From NCBI RefSeq assembly GCF_009914755.1, contig NC_060930.1: a stretch of DNA of 64,000 bases, one strand, 5' to 3'. The position numbers and the translations under genes were made by a program. Numbering within the stretch: the first letter of the stretch is position 1; every line of letters begins with the position of its first letter. The stretch comes from the human T2T-CHM13v2.0 reference genome, Homo sapiens. The notes beneath the pieces were generated by a model. The model saw only the letters and a list, made by a program, of their open reading frames with translations, was not told the origin of the DNA and made no database searches. This document shows, one piece after another, positions 30,597 through 49,532 of the stretch.

Positions 30597-31904
30597 TCAG
30601 AGAGGTGGAGAGTGTGGTATAATAGAAAGAATTAAGTGGAGGGGGCCACGAGCCCTTAGTCTGCTTCTGGCCTAGTATACCCCAGGTAAACACTTAAGTA
30701 CAACTACCTCATTAACCTAAATGAGAGGCTGGATTTGAACTTCGAATACCCCATAAAGTGGTTTCCTAAAGTCTAGCAATGAGTCAGGAGCATGAATAGA
30801 AACATATCACCGCATACCCTGCTTCTGATATACAAATAATATAGTCAGCAAACAAGAACTCATCCAAGATGCCATGTTGAATTACTTCAAATTATGAGGT
30901 GTTTGCCAAAAGAACTGCTTCAGATTTTCTGATTCATAACCAAAGTGACAGACATTTTGATAAATACAGATGACACCTTTTAGGAATGCCTCATGCATGG
31001 TTTTAGGTGAAAACAATTGTGTAAAATTCCTGCAAACTGTTCCTCTGAAAAGCACTATCATAGGTGAGAAATGGACTATTGTTTACAAAAATAAAAGTGT
31101 ATCATTTTTGTTATGTATTGCAGTCTTTCTAGGTTTATCCTGCAGACCTTATCACTGCATAGCAGTAGTTCACGCTAACATACAACTGCACATGTCTGCT
31201 CTCAGAAAGCCTTTCACCTGGCCAAAGACAAGGCAACCATGCTCCCCAAAGACGCTCGCCCACCTTTACTACAAAATTGGTATGATTTCTCTTCATTTGT
31301 AGCTTTTCCCCAAGTGATAATTTTGTATGATTTAAATAAGCTCAAATGGTCTTTTCGAAAATGCATCGAAGCCTACCACCCCCTTTTGTTGTCTCGGGGC
31401 CTAGAATAGAATTAATGAGAGAATTTAAGTTGTACTAATAGCTAAGTGGGAGTTATAGTGGATCAAAATTTGGAAATTTTTAATTTTTAAACATCGTAAA
31501 TTAGACAATTCAAGTAATGTCAACAACAAATTATGCAATATTTGATTTGTCAGATAACCATCTGCCAATTGTGTTTAATTATCCCCCACTGAGCAAGTGC
31601 CAGAAAAACAGGTTGAGTCATGTGTTCTTATCTGCTCCTCTTTTTACTCCACAAATACATGACACATAATATTTTAAACAAAGCAATTTACGAAGCTGGA
31701 TAATGAAGATGAGAGCCAACCTGAACACTGGCTTAAGTAAAATCAATGAGAGTATTTGCTCTAAAACTCATACCTCACATATCTGCATTCTAAAGTTTTT
31801 TTAAAAAATTGCTTTGAAATATCTATTGTAGAATTTCTTTGCTGCTGCAACTACCCAGGGAGGTGGTACAGCTTAGTGGTTAATTAAACTCTAATGTCAC
31901 ATTT

Positions 31905-33010
31905 CATTCATTCACTCATTCATTTAACAGATCCACACTGAGGACCTACTATGGGCCAGGCACTGTTCTAGGCACTTAGAATACAGCAGAGGAGAAAACA
32001 TATAGAAATACCTGGGCTTATGTTTTTGCAGTAGAAGCCAGATGATAAATTATCAGCACAGTAAGTAAATTATACAGCATGTTAGAAAGTGACATGTTAT
32101 GACCAAAAAAATATAGACCCGAGTGAAGAGGATCAGCAGGAAGGCTGCCATGGTAAATAGGGTGTTCATGGCTGGTCTCACTGCAGAGGTGGACATCTGC
32201 GTTGAGACTGGAAGAAGGTAAGAAAGTTACCCATGCAGACAGCTGGGGTAGCGGCAGGAGGAAAAGCCTGTGCAAAGGCCCTGTGATGGGACCCTGCCTG
32301 CTGTCATGGAGGAAATGCAGGAAGGTCCACGTTTCTGGCTCTGAGTAAATAACAGAAGAAGAGTAGGAAATGGGGTCTGAAAGGGAACAGACTCCGAATC
32401 AGGTCAGAGCCTTGTCCCCCACTATGAGGGTTCTGACATTTGTTTACTCTGAACAAAAAAAAAAAGCAAGCCACTGAGGGCTCTGAGCAATAGGACTTGG
32501 TTTATGTTTCAGAGGGATCACTCTGGCTGCAGTGCTGAGAGTAGACAGTAGGGGGCAAAAGTGAAGCAGGAGCACAGTTGGGGAAGCCACCGAAAATGCA
32601 GGTGAGCGATGAGAGTGGCAGCAGCAGAGGTGGTGAGAACCGGCCCAATGTTGGACATGTTTTGAAGGCTTCGTGGACGGACTGGGTTGGAGTGTGAGAA
32701 AAGAGAAGTGCCCTGGATAACAATGTCGGGAGTGGCTGCCAACTGGGACAGAAGAGTGTGCCGGGGACAGGTTTGGGAGAAGATAATTAATTCCCTTTGG
32801 CCTGTTAAGTCTTGCTTGAGTCTCAGCTCTATTACCAACTAGCTTTGTGACCTTGGGCAAGTTATTCAACCTCTTTGAACCTTCATTTTCTCACCACAAA
32901 CTGGGATAATGATACCTAATGATTAAGGCTGATGTATGAATTTCAATAAAACAACATATGTAAAGCACTTAGTGCAGAGCAAGGTAACACAGTAAGCACT
33001 CCATAAATGG
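31905..33010. mobile_element. L2 fragment (minus, ~31905-32800) and MIR (~32800-33010)
   Basis: cattcattcactcattcatttaacag L2 3' end; gtgaccttgggcaagttattcaacctct MIR core. Confidence 0.75.
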
Positions 33011-33693
33011 TGATCACTGCTGCCTTTTCCCTCATCAAAATCACCAAAAGGTGATGCAGACCAATTTATTGACTGAGCACCTGGGACTAACCCACCTGGG
33101 ACTTAGTGACCACCAAGTTCACGTTTGAAGCCTATGATGTGCAGGGCCCTCGGGACCGGTGCTGGGGACAGATCTATACATGTTAGTGACACACGTCACT
33201 CTTACGTGACACCAGTGGAAGAGGTCCAAGAAAAGGGCTCTGTGAGGACTGCTTTCCTACAATTCCTTTGGAGATTTTACAAAAAAGATGTTCCCCAGAT
33301 TAGTAGCAGAAGATACTGTGTTAACATCCTGTCCCACAAAGTGTGTGAAACGAGGGATTTTCCTCTCAGAAATTACTGAGTCTTGACAGCACTGAAACTG
33401 CTGCTTGCCAAGTTAAGAGTAAGAGGAAAGAAATGTAAAGACATTTGAAGTTATTAATAGGTCAGAATTTAGTTTTTTCAAAAAAATATATTCAAAATGT
33501 GTTTAATTCTGTACCCTAAAATATCCATTGCCCTGAGGTGGGAGCTGGGCCAGGGGTATTGCTGACTGAATGCTCTAGGGAAAAAACTTACACAGAATGT
33601 CTCTCTCTCCTCCTGCAGGAAGGTAGAGAGAAAGATGGACTAGAGCCAGAAGGTAAAAGCAAAGAGCAAACAGTAGATACAAAATCTGAGTTC

Positions 33694-34135
<442 letters not shown>

Positions 34136-34985
34136 CAGTCTGAGTTCTATCCGGTACACACTGCTGTGACTTCTGACTGCAATGTCACTTCTCTCCCAGG
34201 TAATTTCCTCATCTACAAAATGGAGGTACTCCCACCTACCTCACAGAATTGAGATGGGGCCATGTTGCTTCATATTAGACCAAAGATTATTCATGATCTT
34301 TTTCTCTTCCCTTCCCCTTACCCTTTTTTTTTTCCTGCTAAATTTCTCTCTATAAGAAGAACTTAACACTTCATGAGAATTAGCATGATGGAGTGATAAG
34401 AACTAAATGGAGATCAGGTTTGAAGTCTCACACACCCTCCCTATAACTGTTGGGCAGTCATGAATCTCTTGAGTCTGAGCTTCCTCTTGGCTACTGTTAC
34501 CTTTTTGGAAATCACTTGGTCTCCACCCTCCCAGTACTTTGCACCAGAGGCAGCTCAGTGGTTGCGTTGCCTACTTTCTCAGGAAAGCTCTCTCCCTCCC
34601 TTCTTCTGAGTCGGTGAGTCACTTCCTCTTCTGAATTGAAATCCTAGGGTTATTTATATTGTGGAGTAGGGGAGTCAACCACAGAGAGTAAACAGTAAAA
34701 GAGGGAATTCATCGTCCAAATGGGAAGTGATTAGGGTATGAGTAAGCATCACAGAGAGGTTGGGCCAAGGAAATGTTTAATAAAAAAAAAAAAAAAAAAA
34801 TCTTGCTAGAGTTATTGTAGGCCAACCAGGAAAGAAGTAATTACATGAAAAGAAAAATAAGTAACAAGTTGAGAATTAAAAAAAAAAAAAAATCTTCAGT
34901 GGCATTAAGCAGGAGACTAACTAAGCAAGTCATATAAATACAGGAAGAGAAAAGGGCCAAATCAAATTCTGTAACACATTTTTCA

Positions 34986-35345
<360 letters not shown>

Positions 35346-35464
35346 AAGATACCAACATTACTGTGTGTGAGAACACCAACTGAATTTCTCTCTCACATTG
35401 TGCTCAAACTCAGCAATTATTTCTTTAATTACATAAGATCTGTATCATCATTGCAAAAACATAC

Positions 35465-35570
35465 CAGTAAAAGTTTCAGTACAGGGGTTTATGCCAGCAA
35501 GCCTCTTTGATGTTCCGAAGTCAGAGATCTTGAGAACACCACTGTAGGTATTAATCAACACATTGTCACC
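35465..35570 (-). CDS. MAP3K5: MAP3K5 exon (~18), 106 nt, [35 protein letters not shown](G)
   Basis: ctctag|GGTGAC...TACTG|gtatgt; DFG and activation loop (T838). Confidence 0.98.
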
Positions 35571-35763
35571 CTAGAGAACAGAGGACTTTAATCACAATTG
35601 TTATCTTTCTTCAGATACTGTCTGTTGTTGACTTGGTAAGTCCAATTTAAAAAAAAAAAAGGTGTCCTTACAGCTACCAACGACATTAATTCTGTATTCT
35701 TCATTAATAGTTTATCTCAATAGTGCATTCTTGACACTATTTTTTGTTTACATATTATCAGTT

Positions 35764-36497
35764 TGAAACCAACCGCCTTTGCGAAAATTACAACAGTGAG
35801 AAAATTATGACAGTAAAAGAGATCTGATCTAACCACCACCATCTTGCTTTAAATTTCCAAACTGCCCTTGGTCATTCCAGGGTGTAGACCAAGCTCACTT
35901 GGAGAAATTTAATTTATAGTTTAGTTGATAATAGCCCTTCCCCAAAACTAAACTATCTTTGTAAAACTAATGAAAGGCCACCAGGTTAGGAGGATGAGAG
36001 GGGCCTAAAGTCCGCTAAGATGTAGGCACAGTCAAATGATTATCAGCCCATTATTCTGGGGGTCACAAGATTTGCAACTTCCCCAATTGTTCCTATAATT
36101 GACATCACTATTGTAGAACTGAAGACTGGCCTTTTGAGATGTCTTTACAGGCTTCTCCATTTCTGACTATCAGATGGCATCACCCAGACCTGTGACTCTG
36201 GACTCAACCAGTCCTGTGGCCCCTACCCAGAAGTGGACTCAACACACAAGAACCATTTTCCACACCCCTATAATTACATCCCCAACCACCCAGACCCTAG
36301 CCCCCTGCTCACCAAACTATCTTTGAAAAACCCTAGCCTCTAAATTTTTGGAGAAGCTGATTTGAATAATTATAAGATCCAATATTTTGTTTGGCCATCT
36401 CTATGTGTATTAAACTCTTTCTCAATTGCAATTCTTACATCTTGAGAAATCAGCTCTATCTGGTCAGTGGGCAACATGAACTCATTGGATGGTTATA
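35764..36497 (+). mobile_element. LTR8A-like ERV1 solo LTR
   Basis: tgaaacc..cgcctttgc...cattggatggttata; 4-bp TSD agtt. Confidence 0.85.
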
Positions 36498-37302
36498 AGT
36501 TCTTCATAATCTGCTACTCAGATCACAAGATCAAATATGATTCCTAATTGGTTAGAGCTTGTTGCTATTTACAGATATATAATGATGTATGTATAATTAA
36601 ATTACGATTTTCATAACTTTCCAGTTACCTTACTTTCTTTTCTATGTTTCTTTACTTCTTTTCCTGGAATATGTAGGGACATGATAGATAAATGGGCTTT
36701 TTGGTTGATTTTAGGGTACTAATATTAACTTATTTTCAACAGTCCAGACTTTGTAAAAAATGTATTAGTTCTGAATTTTCTTTTTAAAAAGAGAATGTAA
36801 AGTTATTATTTTAGCTTATTTTAGAGAATCTATACCTTATAATTATAGTTAAATCAATGAATATGTGATACTTGTGAGAAAAGAGGAATTTTTTTTCTTC
36901 TAACCATTCATCCATTGATTCAATAAGTATTTACTGAGTAGCTACTATGGGCAAGGATACAAAGATTAACCAGCCTATAAGCTCCTCAGGACCAGGGGCC
37001 ATCTCCTGTTTAACTTTTGACAGCTGCATCCCACACCACAGAGCTCCTAGGAAACATTGTGTGGTGGGAGCACAATCTTGTTGGCTGAACGCAGTTAAGC
37101 AGTGTGTTCCTTGAGCAGAAGCGTTAAGACATGAACATAAATAACTGATTCAGGGTTGAACGATATTTTATATTTCTGCTGTTTCTAAGATTTACTTATT
37201 CACCATTCTAAATTAATACTCATAACACAATATGACTTTTGCAAGTAAAATAATAACCCAGCAAAGAAAGAACTCATGAAAATGAATGCTGGTGTACCTC
37301 AC

Positions 37303-37439
37303 CTTTATGTCCCGGTGAACTATCTGATTGTCATGGAGATATTTTAATCCTTCCAGTATTTGCTTTGTATAAAAGCCAATTGTTTGCTCATTGTCTTTTA
37401 ATGGACCCCATTTGGAACGAAGGAGAGCAGAAAGACTTC
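37303..37439 (-). CDS. MAP3K5: MAP3K5 exon (~17), 137 nt, [45 protein letters not shown]
   Basis: ttacag|GAAGTC...ATAAAG|gtgagg; HRD catalytic loop. Confidence 0.98.
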
Positions 37440-37718
37440 CTGTAAAGTAGGGATAAATAGTAAATAAATCCTCATTCAAATGAGCTCTTTAAAGTGTATT
37501 AATAATGTAACAGTAATTTAAGCTAACAGTCATTGGTTCTTCACAGTGGCCCAGGAGCTATACTGGATATCGGGCTCAAACATGAATTTGCAAATATCCC
37601 TACTCTAAAGATGCTTGTAATCAAATATGTCTAAGTAAAAGGCCAATGTCAATTGCCAACTTTAATTCAAGTCATGATGATAGATACTGAAATGGTTCCC
37701 ATATTTATGTATTGTCTC

Positions 37719-38191
37719 TGTGAAATTACATAATTCACATGTAAAGCTTCTAGAACTTTAAATTATTTGAGCCTTATTATTTAAGGAATGTGACTTTGTG
37801 GCCTGAGTCATATAGCATTCAGTTGTAACTTCTGATTCTGCGATTATAGGCTAAATCTCTTCCGCATTTTTGTCCTGTAAATGATTGGAGAAGACTGAAT
37901 GGTGCCAAAGAAAAGATCCCCCGAGACCATTACCCCTCCTTATGGAACATTAAAATAATGTGCCTTGGAATACAGCAAGCTGTAACCACTTAAATGTAAT
38001 GACTTTGGGTAGAAGATGTTGCCACCCTGTTAGTCTTCAGCTTATATAAGTGAAACATGAACTTCCTCACTTTGGAACACTGGCCCATTCTTTTGGAGTC
38101 TGTGTTTCCTGGGTGGCTATTCTCAAGCTTTGCACTGGAATAAACTCTATACATTAGGATATTTTCTAAATCTCATCATTTATGGTTGACA
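37719..38191 (+). mobile_element. MER34/MER39-like ERV1 solo LTR
   Basis: TG...CA ends, AATAAA, 4-bp TSD tctc. Confidence 0.75.
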
Positions 38192-38341
38192 TCTCCTAAC
38201 AAACTGGAGGTAATGTCACATGTCCAATTTTTCTTTCAGTTTAGACAGATTAAGACCTGTACGCTAGTAAATCCCATTCAATTTTACTCCCCTCCGAAGC
38301 TCTAAACATTCACACTTTTTAAAGAAAGAAATATCTCTTAC

Positions 38342-38469
38342 CTCCAGGGACCTGCTCCATGAAGATTTTAATGAAACCATTCTCACTGAAAGAGCCCAGA
38401 TACTGGACAATATTTTTGTGCTTCAGGTGTTTATGCAATGCTATTTCTTCATGCAGGGGCTGAGAGTAT
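38342..38469 (-). CDS. MAP3K5: MAP3K5 exon (~16), 128 nt, [42 protein letters not shown](G)
   Basis: ttttag|ATACTCT...TGGAG|gtaaga; alphaC helix, gatekeeper and hinge. Confidence 0.98.
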
Positions 38470-39329
38470 CTAAAAGACATGCAATTGTCAATGAGTTAAT
38501 TATGTAGCCAGACTTTACTGTATAAATTTAAACAATACAAATGGAAAATGTCAGCCAAATATATGTCCATATGTAAAACCAAAACAACCACTTAAGGCCT
38601 TTATTTCTCCTAAGGTAAATTCTATGAGGTTGAAGGTGTGGTAGGATCTGAGGGGAAATGTGTCAGGTACTAAGCCAGTTGTATACATTAATTCATTTCC
38701 ATGAGAAGGTAGTATTGGTATGCCCATTTTACAGATGAGGAAACTGATTCACAGAGAGGATGACTGACTTGCTCAAGATCCCAAAGCTATTAAGTGACAG
38801 AGCTAAGATTCAAACCCAGGAGAACGGAAATTGTCCACAGTTTACTCTCCATATTAACATATTAACATGACTTTCTATTCCACTGGCCTCATCAACACAA
38901 CTTTATTATTGACTATAAAACTTTACTATTACAATTTACTATTAATCAGGAGACTCTTGCCCAGGAAGACAAAACTTGCATAATGTACATTCCAGAACTT
39001 CCTGAAAGGCCCGTCAATTTTTCAATAGCAAACATAAAACCACTCATATGTCAAATCTCTTTGAGCCCCTTGCGTCAAAATCTTCACCTTACTGTATCCA
39101 CTAATTCTATTATATCATGATTTTTACCTAATCCTCATGAAGCCTCCACATTGAAAGTGTGACTTCAAAATTATGTACTTGATATATGTTGCTGATTCAA
39201 ATTATAAAAGTTATTTTATATTTCTGGAGCAGAACAACACTTTTGATGATTATTGGAAGTACTGTAAAGCTTTATAGACTCTTAACCACCCTGAATTTAA
39301 TGTAGCCCTAATGTAATTATTGTACAGCT

Positions 39330-39829
39330 TGCCAAAGAACATAATTTCAGCAAATTGAGTTTTAAAAATCAAATTGGCTTTTATTCATGATTCATGAGCC
39401 AGGCAGTATCCAATCAAAATAGGAGGTCCGCTGGGCATGGCAAAACAGTGGGTTTTCTTTCCTAAGGTAGCTTGAGCAGGAAGAAAAACAACACAGAGCA
39501 AAAACCAAGTGGTTAACGTTAGGTTAGTTCAGGTTACTTCCCTTGCAGGGGTTAAAGCAGAGGGGACTTCTTTTCATGCCAGCTCAGGTTGGCTGGGTGC
39601 CTTTTGATCAGTCCCTGTGACTCTGTTTTGTTTTTGTTTTTTGAAAACTGGCCTGTTGGAGAATTTGGCTATCATCTCTCTCCTGATTTTTCAGAAGGTC
39701 AGATCTTACAAGTAAACTGCTTAGTTTTGGTTTGGTGATGTGGAACCCTAGCATGGTTCCACAGGCTGGTCTGTTGGAGCCTAGTGCAGGAGCTCAGTCC
39801 AAATCAGTAGCCTCAAATTTTACTTAAGA
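39330..39829 (-). mobile_element. MER67-like ERV1 solo LTR
   Basis: ttggcttttattc...ggagctcagtccaaa; 4-bp TSD agct. Confidence 0.7.
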
Positions 39830-40483
39830 AGCTAAATATTGTAGGGTGTCAGCAACAATAAATACAGACTCAAAGCAATTCCTCGAGATATAGATCTATA
39901 TATAATCTAAATTGAATATATATATATCTTCTATAATGGAGGCTACAGGTGTGAAATACACTAATAATTCACATTAGTGCAAACCTGGTGTCTCACACTT
40001 GCTTCAGTCCTACATGTAGGAAATCCTTAGATCTTACACTGACAAATCCATTGGTTAATGCTGAATAATGCTATTTTCAATAAGCTTTTTAGAGTAAGTG
40101 CTTTAGCTAAAGCAATTAGTTTATAAACATTTAAATTCATTTAATTTAAATTAATTTTTATTATCTGTGTAATATTTCCAGAAAGCAGCCAACAGCAATA
40201 ACAATAACAAAAGACTTGTATTTTAGATCGATTATTCTTTTTTTCTTTAGAATTACTTCAGGAACTATGAAGGGCACGTATTAAAATGAGCACTTTAATA
40301 GTATACCAGTTAGAGATAGCAACAACATTTTGATAATTGCTTGAGTGAGATAACACCAGAAATATCAATATACAGTGTTACCAATAAGATACTTAGGTAA
40401 TGACTCTCAACTATAAGGGTATTTACAAGTTGCTTCTTCCATGAGGGTTAAAACACTTTGATGTTGGTTCATACCTGCTCCTC

Positions 40484-41200
<717 letters not shown>

Positions 41201-41835
41201 CTCAGTTAATTATTAATCAAAAGACTCCCACCTCCTGATTCTCTACTGAAAATCAAAACATCAATGCTTAAACTTAAGACCCTGGAGAAGCAATATCCTT
41301 ACCTCATTACTTAAACTAAGGAGATAGCTCAAAATTTGCAATAATAGTCAGAATCCAACCTAGCTAAGGACAAGTACTCTTCTCCAATATAAAAAATATT
41401 ACAAACACCCAGCATTTTCACTAAGTGTAAGTGCCAAGCATTAAACAAGGATGGAATTATAATTTGTTCACATCAACAAATTATTCTTATCTATGAGAAT
41501 TATAAGAAAATCATATTTCTTCTCAATTACCTGTAACAAGGGAAAGAAGAAATGGCCTAGATAATCAGAGATACTTACATATTTTGGTTTTGACAAAACT
41601 ATTAATCCATAGGTATCGCCAGACATCCCCTCTGAGTCAAATCCCTACTGCTAACCATCTAGACCAGTGGTTGCCAACCTTGACTGGATATTTACATCTC
41701 CTAGAGGGCTTCTAATTGTCCAGGACCACCCCAGGATTTCTAGAAGTAGAGCTTGAGCATCAGTATTTTTAAAAGCTCCCCTGTTGTCTCTCATATACAG
41801 CTGGGTGAAAAATGACATAGAAATAACCAGTCCAC

Positions 41836-42144
<309 letters not shown>

Positions 42145-43319
42145 TCAGGATATGTAGAATATCAGAAGAGAAAGCCAACCTGAGATTAACAACTAGTTGG
42201 GGGTGGATGATGAGAGCATACTAAATCTACCTCTTCCCTCTTACAACCACTTTGATTCTCTAACAAAGTGGTTTTAGAACATGAAGGAAACAGAGGAGAA
42301 ATTGTTTCCATTGCTCTGATCCTTCTTTACAGATGGTAGTTTAGTGTACACTCAGGTTGTATCATGCATTATTCACATCACACTACTTTTGTAATTATGC
42401 TTTGTAACTGTAACTGCTATCTTTTTCAACAGAACGTCCACACCCCTCCAGGTTACATGGATAGAAACAACTTTGTTTGCTGTATCTTCACAATAATAGA
42501 GTTGTCTGCGATCTCTTTACATTGTCAATAAGAAGATGCCCTGCACCAGCTGTTCAAGCTAAGGGCTTGTCATGTGCAAATCACATATACCAACTGCATT
42601 GTTACAGAACAGGAGCTGAAACATCTTGTTGGTGTTGGTGTGCTTTGTGTGTGTATAGTAGCATTTGAATAAACTTAAACTACAGGGTGATTTTAAAAGT
42701 GAGTTTCTTCCAAGTGTTCACCTAAATCCATCAGGAGTAGAGAAGAGAGGAGCTGTGGCTAAAGGTTAGTGAATTTGGCTGCAGCAATTTGATAGTGATG
42801 ACCTCGTTAAATTTCATATTGTTTCAAAGTCTACACTATCTATACATATGCTCCTTAAGAACGCATAGGACTAAAAGAAAAATTTTAAGATGACAACTTT
42901 ATATATATTACCTAGGTATTTAATGAGTAATTTCTATTACTGTTTCATAAGAATCCATAATCATGTCTCATGAATTAACTAAGAGGAAACTCTGGAACGA
43001 CACCAAACAAATATGAAATTGAATGAAACTACACATGCGGCAGGCAGCAACAGCTGTTTGCTTACCTAGTATCTATTCTTCCCTCTTTCTATGATTTTGT
43101 TTGGAGAAACAAATGGCTGGCTAAAAAGCCGGAGTTCCTAGTTCCTTGTAGGTAGGGGTAGGCATTTTGGGCGAGTGCAACAGAGGAGAAAGTATACTGG
43201 GCAGTTCTGGGAAGCTCTGTTTTCCTTTTCCTTCTGGACTGACATATGGAGCCTGGAGGCAGGGTGAAAGTCACGCACTAAGGATAAAGAGCTGGGACCG
43301 GACACAGTGCTTGCATGGG

Positions 43320-44720
<1,401 letters not shown>

Positions 44721-45189
44721 GGGGTGGGTCCTTCCTAAGGAAGGCTGGTCATGTGGCCTATGACCACGGCCACAGAACGTGGAGTCAAGGGCAGCCAGAG
44801 TCAGCCCATGATGTAGCCCAGCATTAAAGCCTGGCCAAATATGGATAATAATAACCATCTATTAAATAATCCAATCTTCTCTCTTTCAGACTTTGAATAC
44901 ACAACACACACAACTGTGTATCATACACTACAACTGCGTTGCACTAATTACAGGAGCACTGCCTTACAGAGAGATGTAAGGGAAGCCCTAAGGCAGCAGA
45001 AATCATGAGGTTGAGAGAAGACAGAATTATTAGTTGGAGAAATAAACCATAAGGCAGAGCACAAGAGCAGTGAGCAACAGATAATCCTATCACCAGAGCG
45101 CTTCAGTTTCCTGAACATTTTTGTTCCTAAAAAAGATTCCACCTTTCACAAGGCCTCACTATGTGAGATTCAACTCATTTCTTCAAGCA

Positions 45190-45246
45190 TAGGTTGGTGC
45201 AAAAGTAATTGCGGTTTTTGCCATTAATTACTTTTGATGGCAAAAA
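45190..45246. mobile_element. MADE1 (Hsmar1 MITE), right arm truncated
   Basis: taggttggtgcaaaagtaattgcggtttttgccatt...gatggcaaaaa. Confidence 0.9.
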
Positions 45247-45254
45247 TGTATATA

Positions 45255-46720
<1,466 letters not shown>

Positions 46721-47030
46721 CCAACCTAAACGATTTCTGATAGTGCTTATTCCTCATCTATTCACATAATACATCCACCTTTATCCAAGACAACCTGAGC
46801 CTAACACACACAGGGCCATTCTCTTTTCTAGTCTTTGAAAGCCCCGTTCTTCCCCACCAGTCTGGCACTTCAAACACTGAATGATGCAGCAGCGAAACCT
46901 CAGAAGGAGCTAATTCACAGAGTGAAGTTTTCACAGTTTCATTCATTAGAATATCATCAAGTATTTTCTAAAATACTGTCAACAACCCAAAGTACTACAG
47001 AACAGCTTTTAGTAGCTACAATTACTGTAC

Positions 47031-47164
47031 CTGCTGTCTCTCTCTGGGATTTCCTTAATAGCAATTCTGACTTGGTTGCTCAAGTCCCGACCTGCGTAGA
47101 CTATCCCATAAGTGCCTTTTCCTAAAACGACTCTGTCACCATTTTCATCATATTCATAGTCATA
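47031..47164 (-). CDS. MAP3K5: MAP3K5 exon (~15), 134 nt, kinase N-lobe [44 protein letters not shown](R)
   Basis: ttgtag|TATGAC...CAGCAG|gtacag; glycine-rich loop GKGTYG and catalytic Lys (K709 by count). Confidence 0.98.
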
Positions 47165-48092
47165 CTACAAAAGGAAAAACGGGGAGAAAAGATCAAAACA
47201 TTAGTTCATTCTACATTTCAAACATCAAATTTTTTTCCAAGAGCATTATTCCTTATCTTATCAGATGGCATTAACAGGCTGAAGTTCTAAGAAGCAGCTT
47301 CAAGGATGAACAAATAAATGCTCCCAACATAAAGCAGATACTGTGTTTATGTTTTCACAAACTGTTACAAATACAGTGGGGATTACATAGTTAACTTCAT
47401 AGAATTGCTTCTCCAAAAGCCATGTGGATTCTTTTACCCACTCAGTCCTGTTTTTCATTGATTCTGGAGATCAGTGAAACAGTGTATAACTAGCATCAAC
47501 ATCTATCAATGTCTATCACATCTAATAAATCTTCCTTTTGTTATTCAGCTTTTGATGCTGTTAAAGCATTTCACACTGCCAGGAGAATAAAACCACCGAA
47601 AGGCTTTGGGTAAGAAGAAAATGTTGACATCTTACCAGGTGCCAATGATAAAGTCAGGATTATTTTACTTCACCACTCCCCACCGTTTCCCCAAGACCCA
47701 AAAACATTTTTTTAAGTGAAAAATAGAGGAAAATTTTGATCTCTGATGTAGAAAGGAAATATCTATAGTTCTAAACTCCAAACTGTCAAGTATGTCAGCC
47801 AAATATGGAAAACCGGATCTACAGAAAGGATTCAGTAGAGACCTCCTCAGATCTGGAGGCATCACCCCAAAGCCACATCCTTTGTGCTGGACTGGAACTA
47901 AATGATTTAGGGCCATCACATGATCAAGGCATGTCCCTGTAGAAACCCAGCATAAAACTACAGACCCCTGGGAGAGAACATTAGAACAAGCTTTTCATAT
48001 AGTCTACATTTTGCTGGAGTTTAAAACTGGCAGTCCATAGTTAGATTCACCTCACAGCAGGGTCTGAGTTGGCCATTAAAAAAAATTATTTC

Positions 48093-48393
<301 letters not shown>

Positions 48394-49309
48394 TTATAAC
48401 ATGTATAAGTCAACAAACTTAACGTTAATACTGATGAGTAATCTATGAAGAGGGCAATGATCATGAGTTTTTATGCTCTTTAACAACATAGCCTTGAAAT
48501 ATAAAAGCAGAGTTGATAAAATTTCAAAGAAAAATACACAAATATCAACCACAATAGATTTTAACAGAACTCTTTTAGAAAGGAATATATCTGGCACACA
48601 GATTTTAAAATAGAGAATCTAATGGCACAATGAACAAGTTTGATATAACATCTACAGAGAGAGCTCTGTATCCAGATACAGATTCCTTTCATGCATACAT
48701 GAAAAATATATTATAACTGATTACATATTAGACAACAAAGAAAAATTTCAACAAATTCCAAAGAACTGATATCATAAAGACCATGATCTCTGAGCACAGA
48801 ATACTAAAAATAAGACAGCCAAAAGTATATTTTACTTTCCTTTAAAATAACCAATGGGTTAAAAAGGAAATGACCATGGGAATTACACAGTAATTTTTTA
48901 AATGAGAAGAAAAACATTATTTATCAAATTCCATAGATATGGAGTTAGGTAGATGAAAAATTTCATGATCTTAAAAAAATCCATTAGAAAATAAAAATTT
49001 AACATGAATAAGTTTAATGGTCAAGTCAAGGAAACAGAAAAAGAATAACATATTGCTACCAAGACAGTAGAAGAGAGGCTCTGGATTTGGCAAGATGATA
49101 GACCAGATACCTGAGAACCTTCCTGCTAAAAACACATAGGTAAAATAAAACAGACATACTTTTAAATGTCTAGCTGGGCTTACTAAAGAGTAAAGGTGAC
49201 TGCAGAAGCTAGAAATGAAGAGGAAAGGAATACTAGCAGGTAATCACAAGAACTCCTGCAGCCCAAAGGGTGGGGATGAAGGCAAGATTTTCAGTTTCAT
49301 TAATCTAGG

Positions 49310-49532
49310 GCGGGAATTTGTCTGCTTTTTTTTTGGTAAAAGGTCAGATAGTGAATGTTTTAGCTTTGAGGGCCATCTAGTCTTTGTAGCAACTACTCAA
49401 TTCTGCCATTGTGATGTGAAAGCAGCCCAGCTGATATATAAACAAATGGGCATGCTTATGTTCCAATAAGGCTTTATTTACCAAGATTAAGAGTGAGCTG
49501 GATTTGATCCTGGGGCTATAGTTTGCTGACCT
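49310..49532. mobile_element. MER58A-like hAT relic
   Basis: gcaactactcaattctgccattgt...gctatagtttgctgacc. Confidence 0.75.

Noticed and set aside
32444-32869. Three overlapping minus-strand ORFs up to 141 aa
   Set aside because: They lie within degraded L2/MIR sequence; chance open frames.
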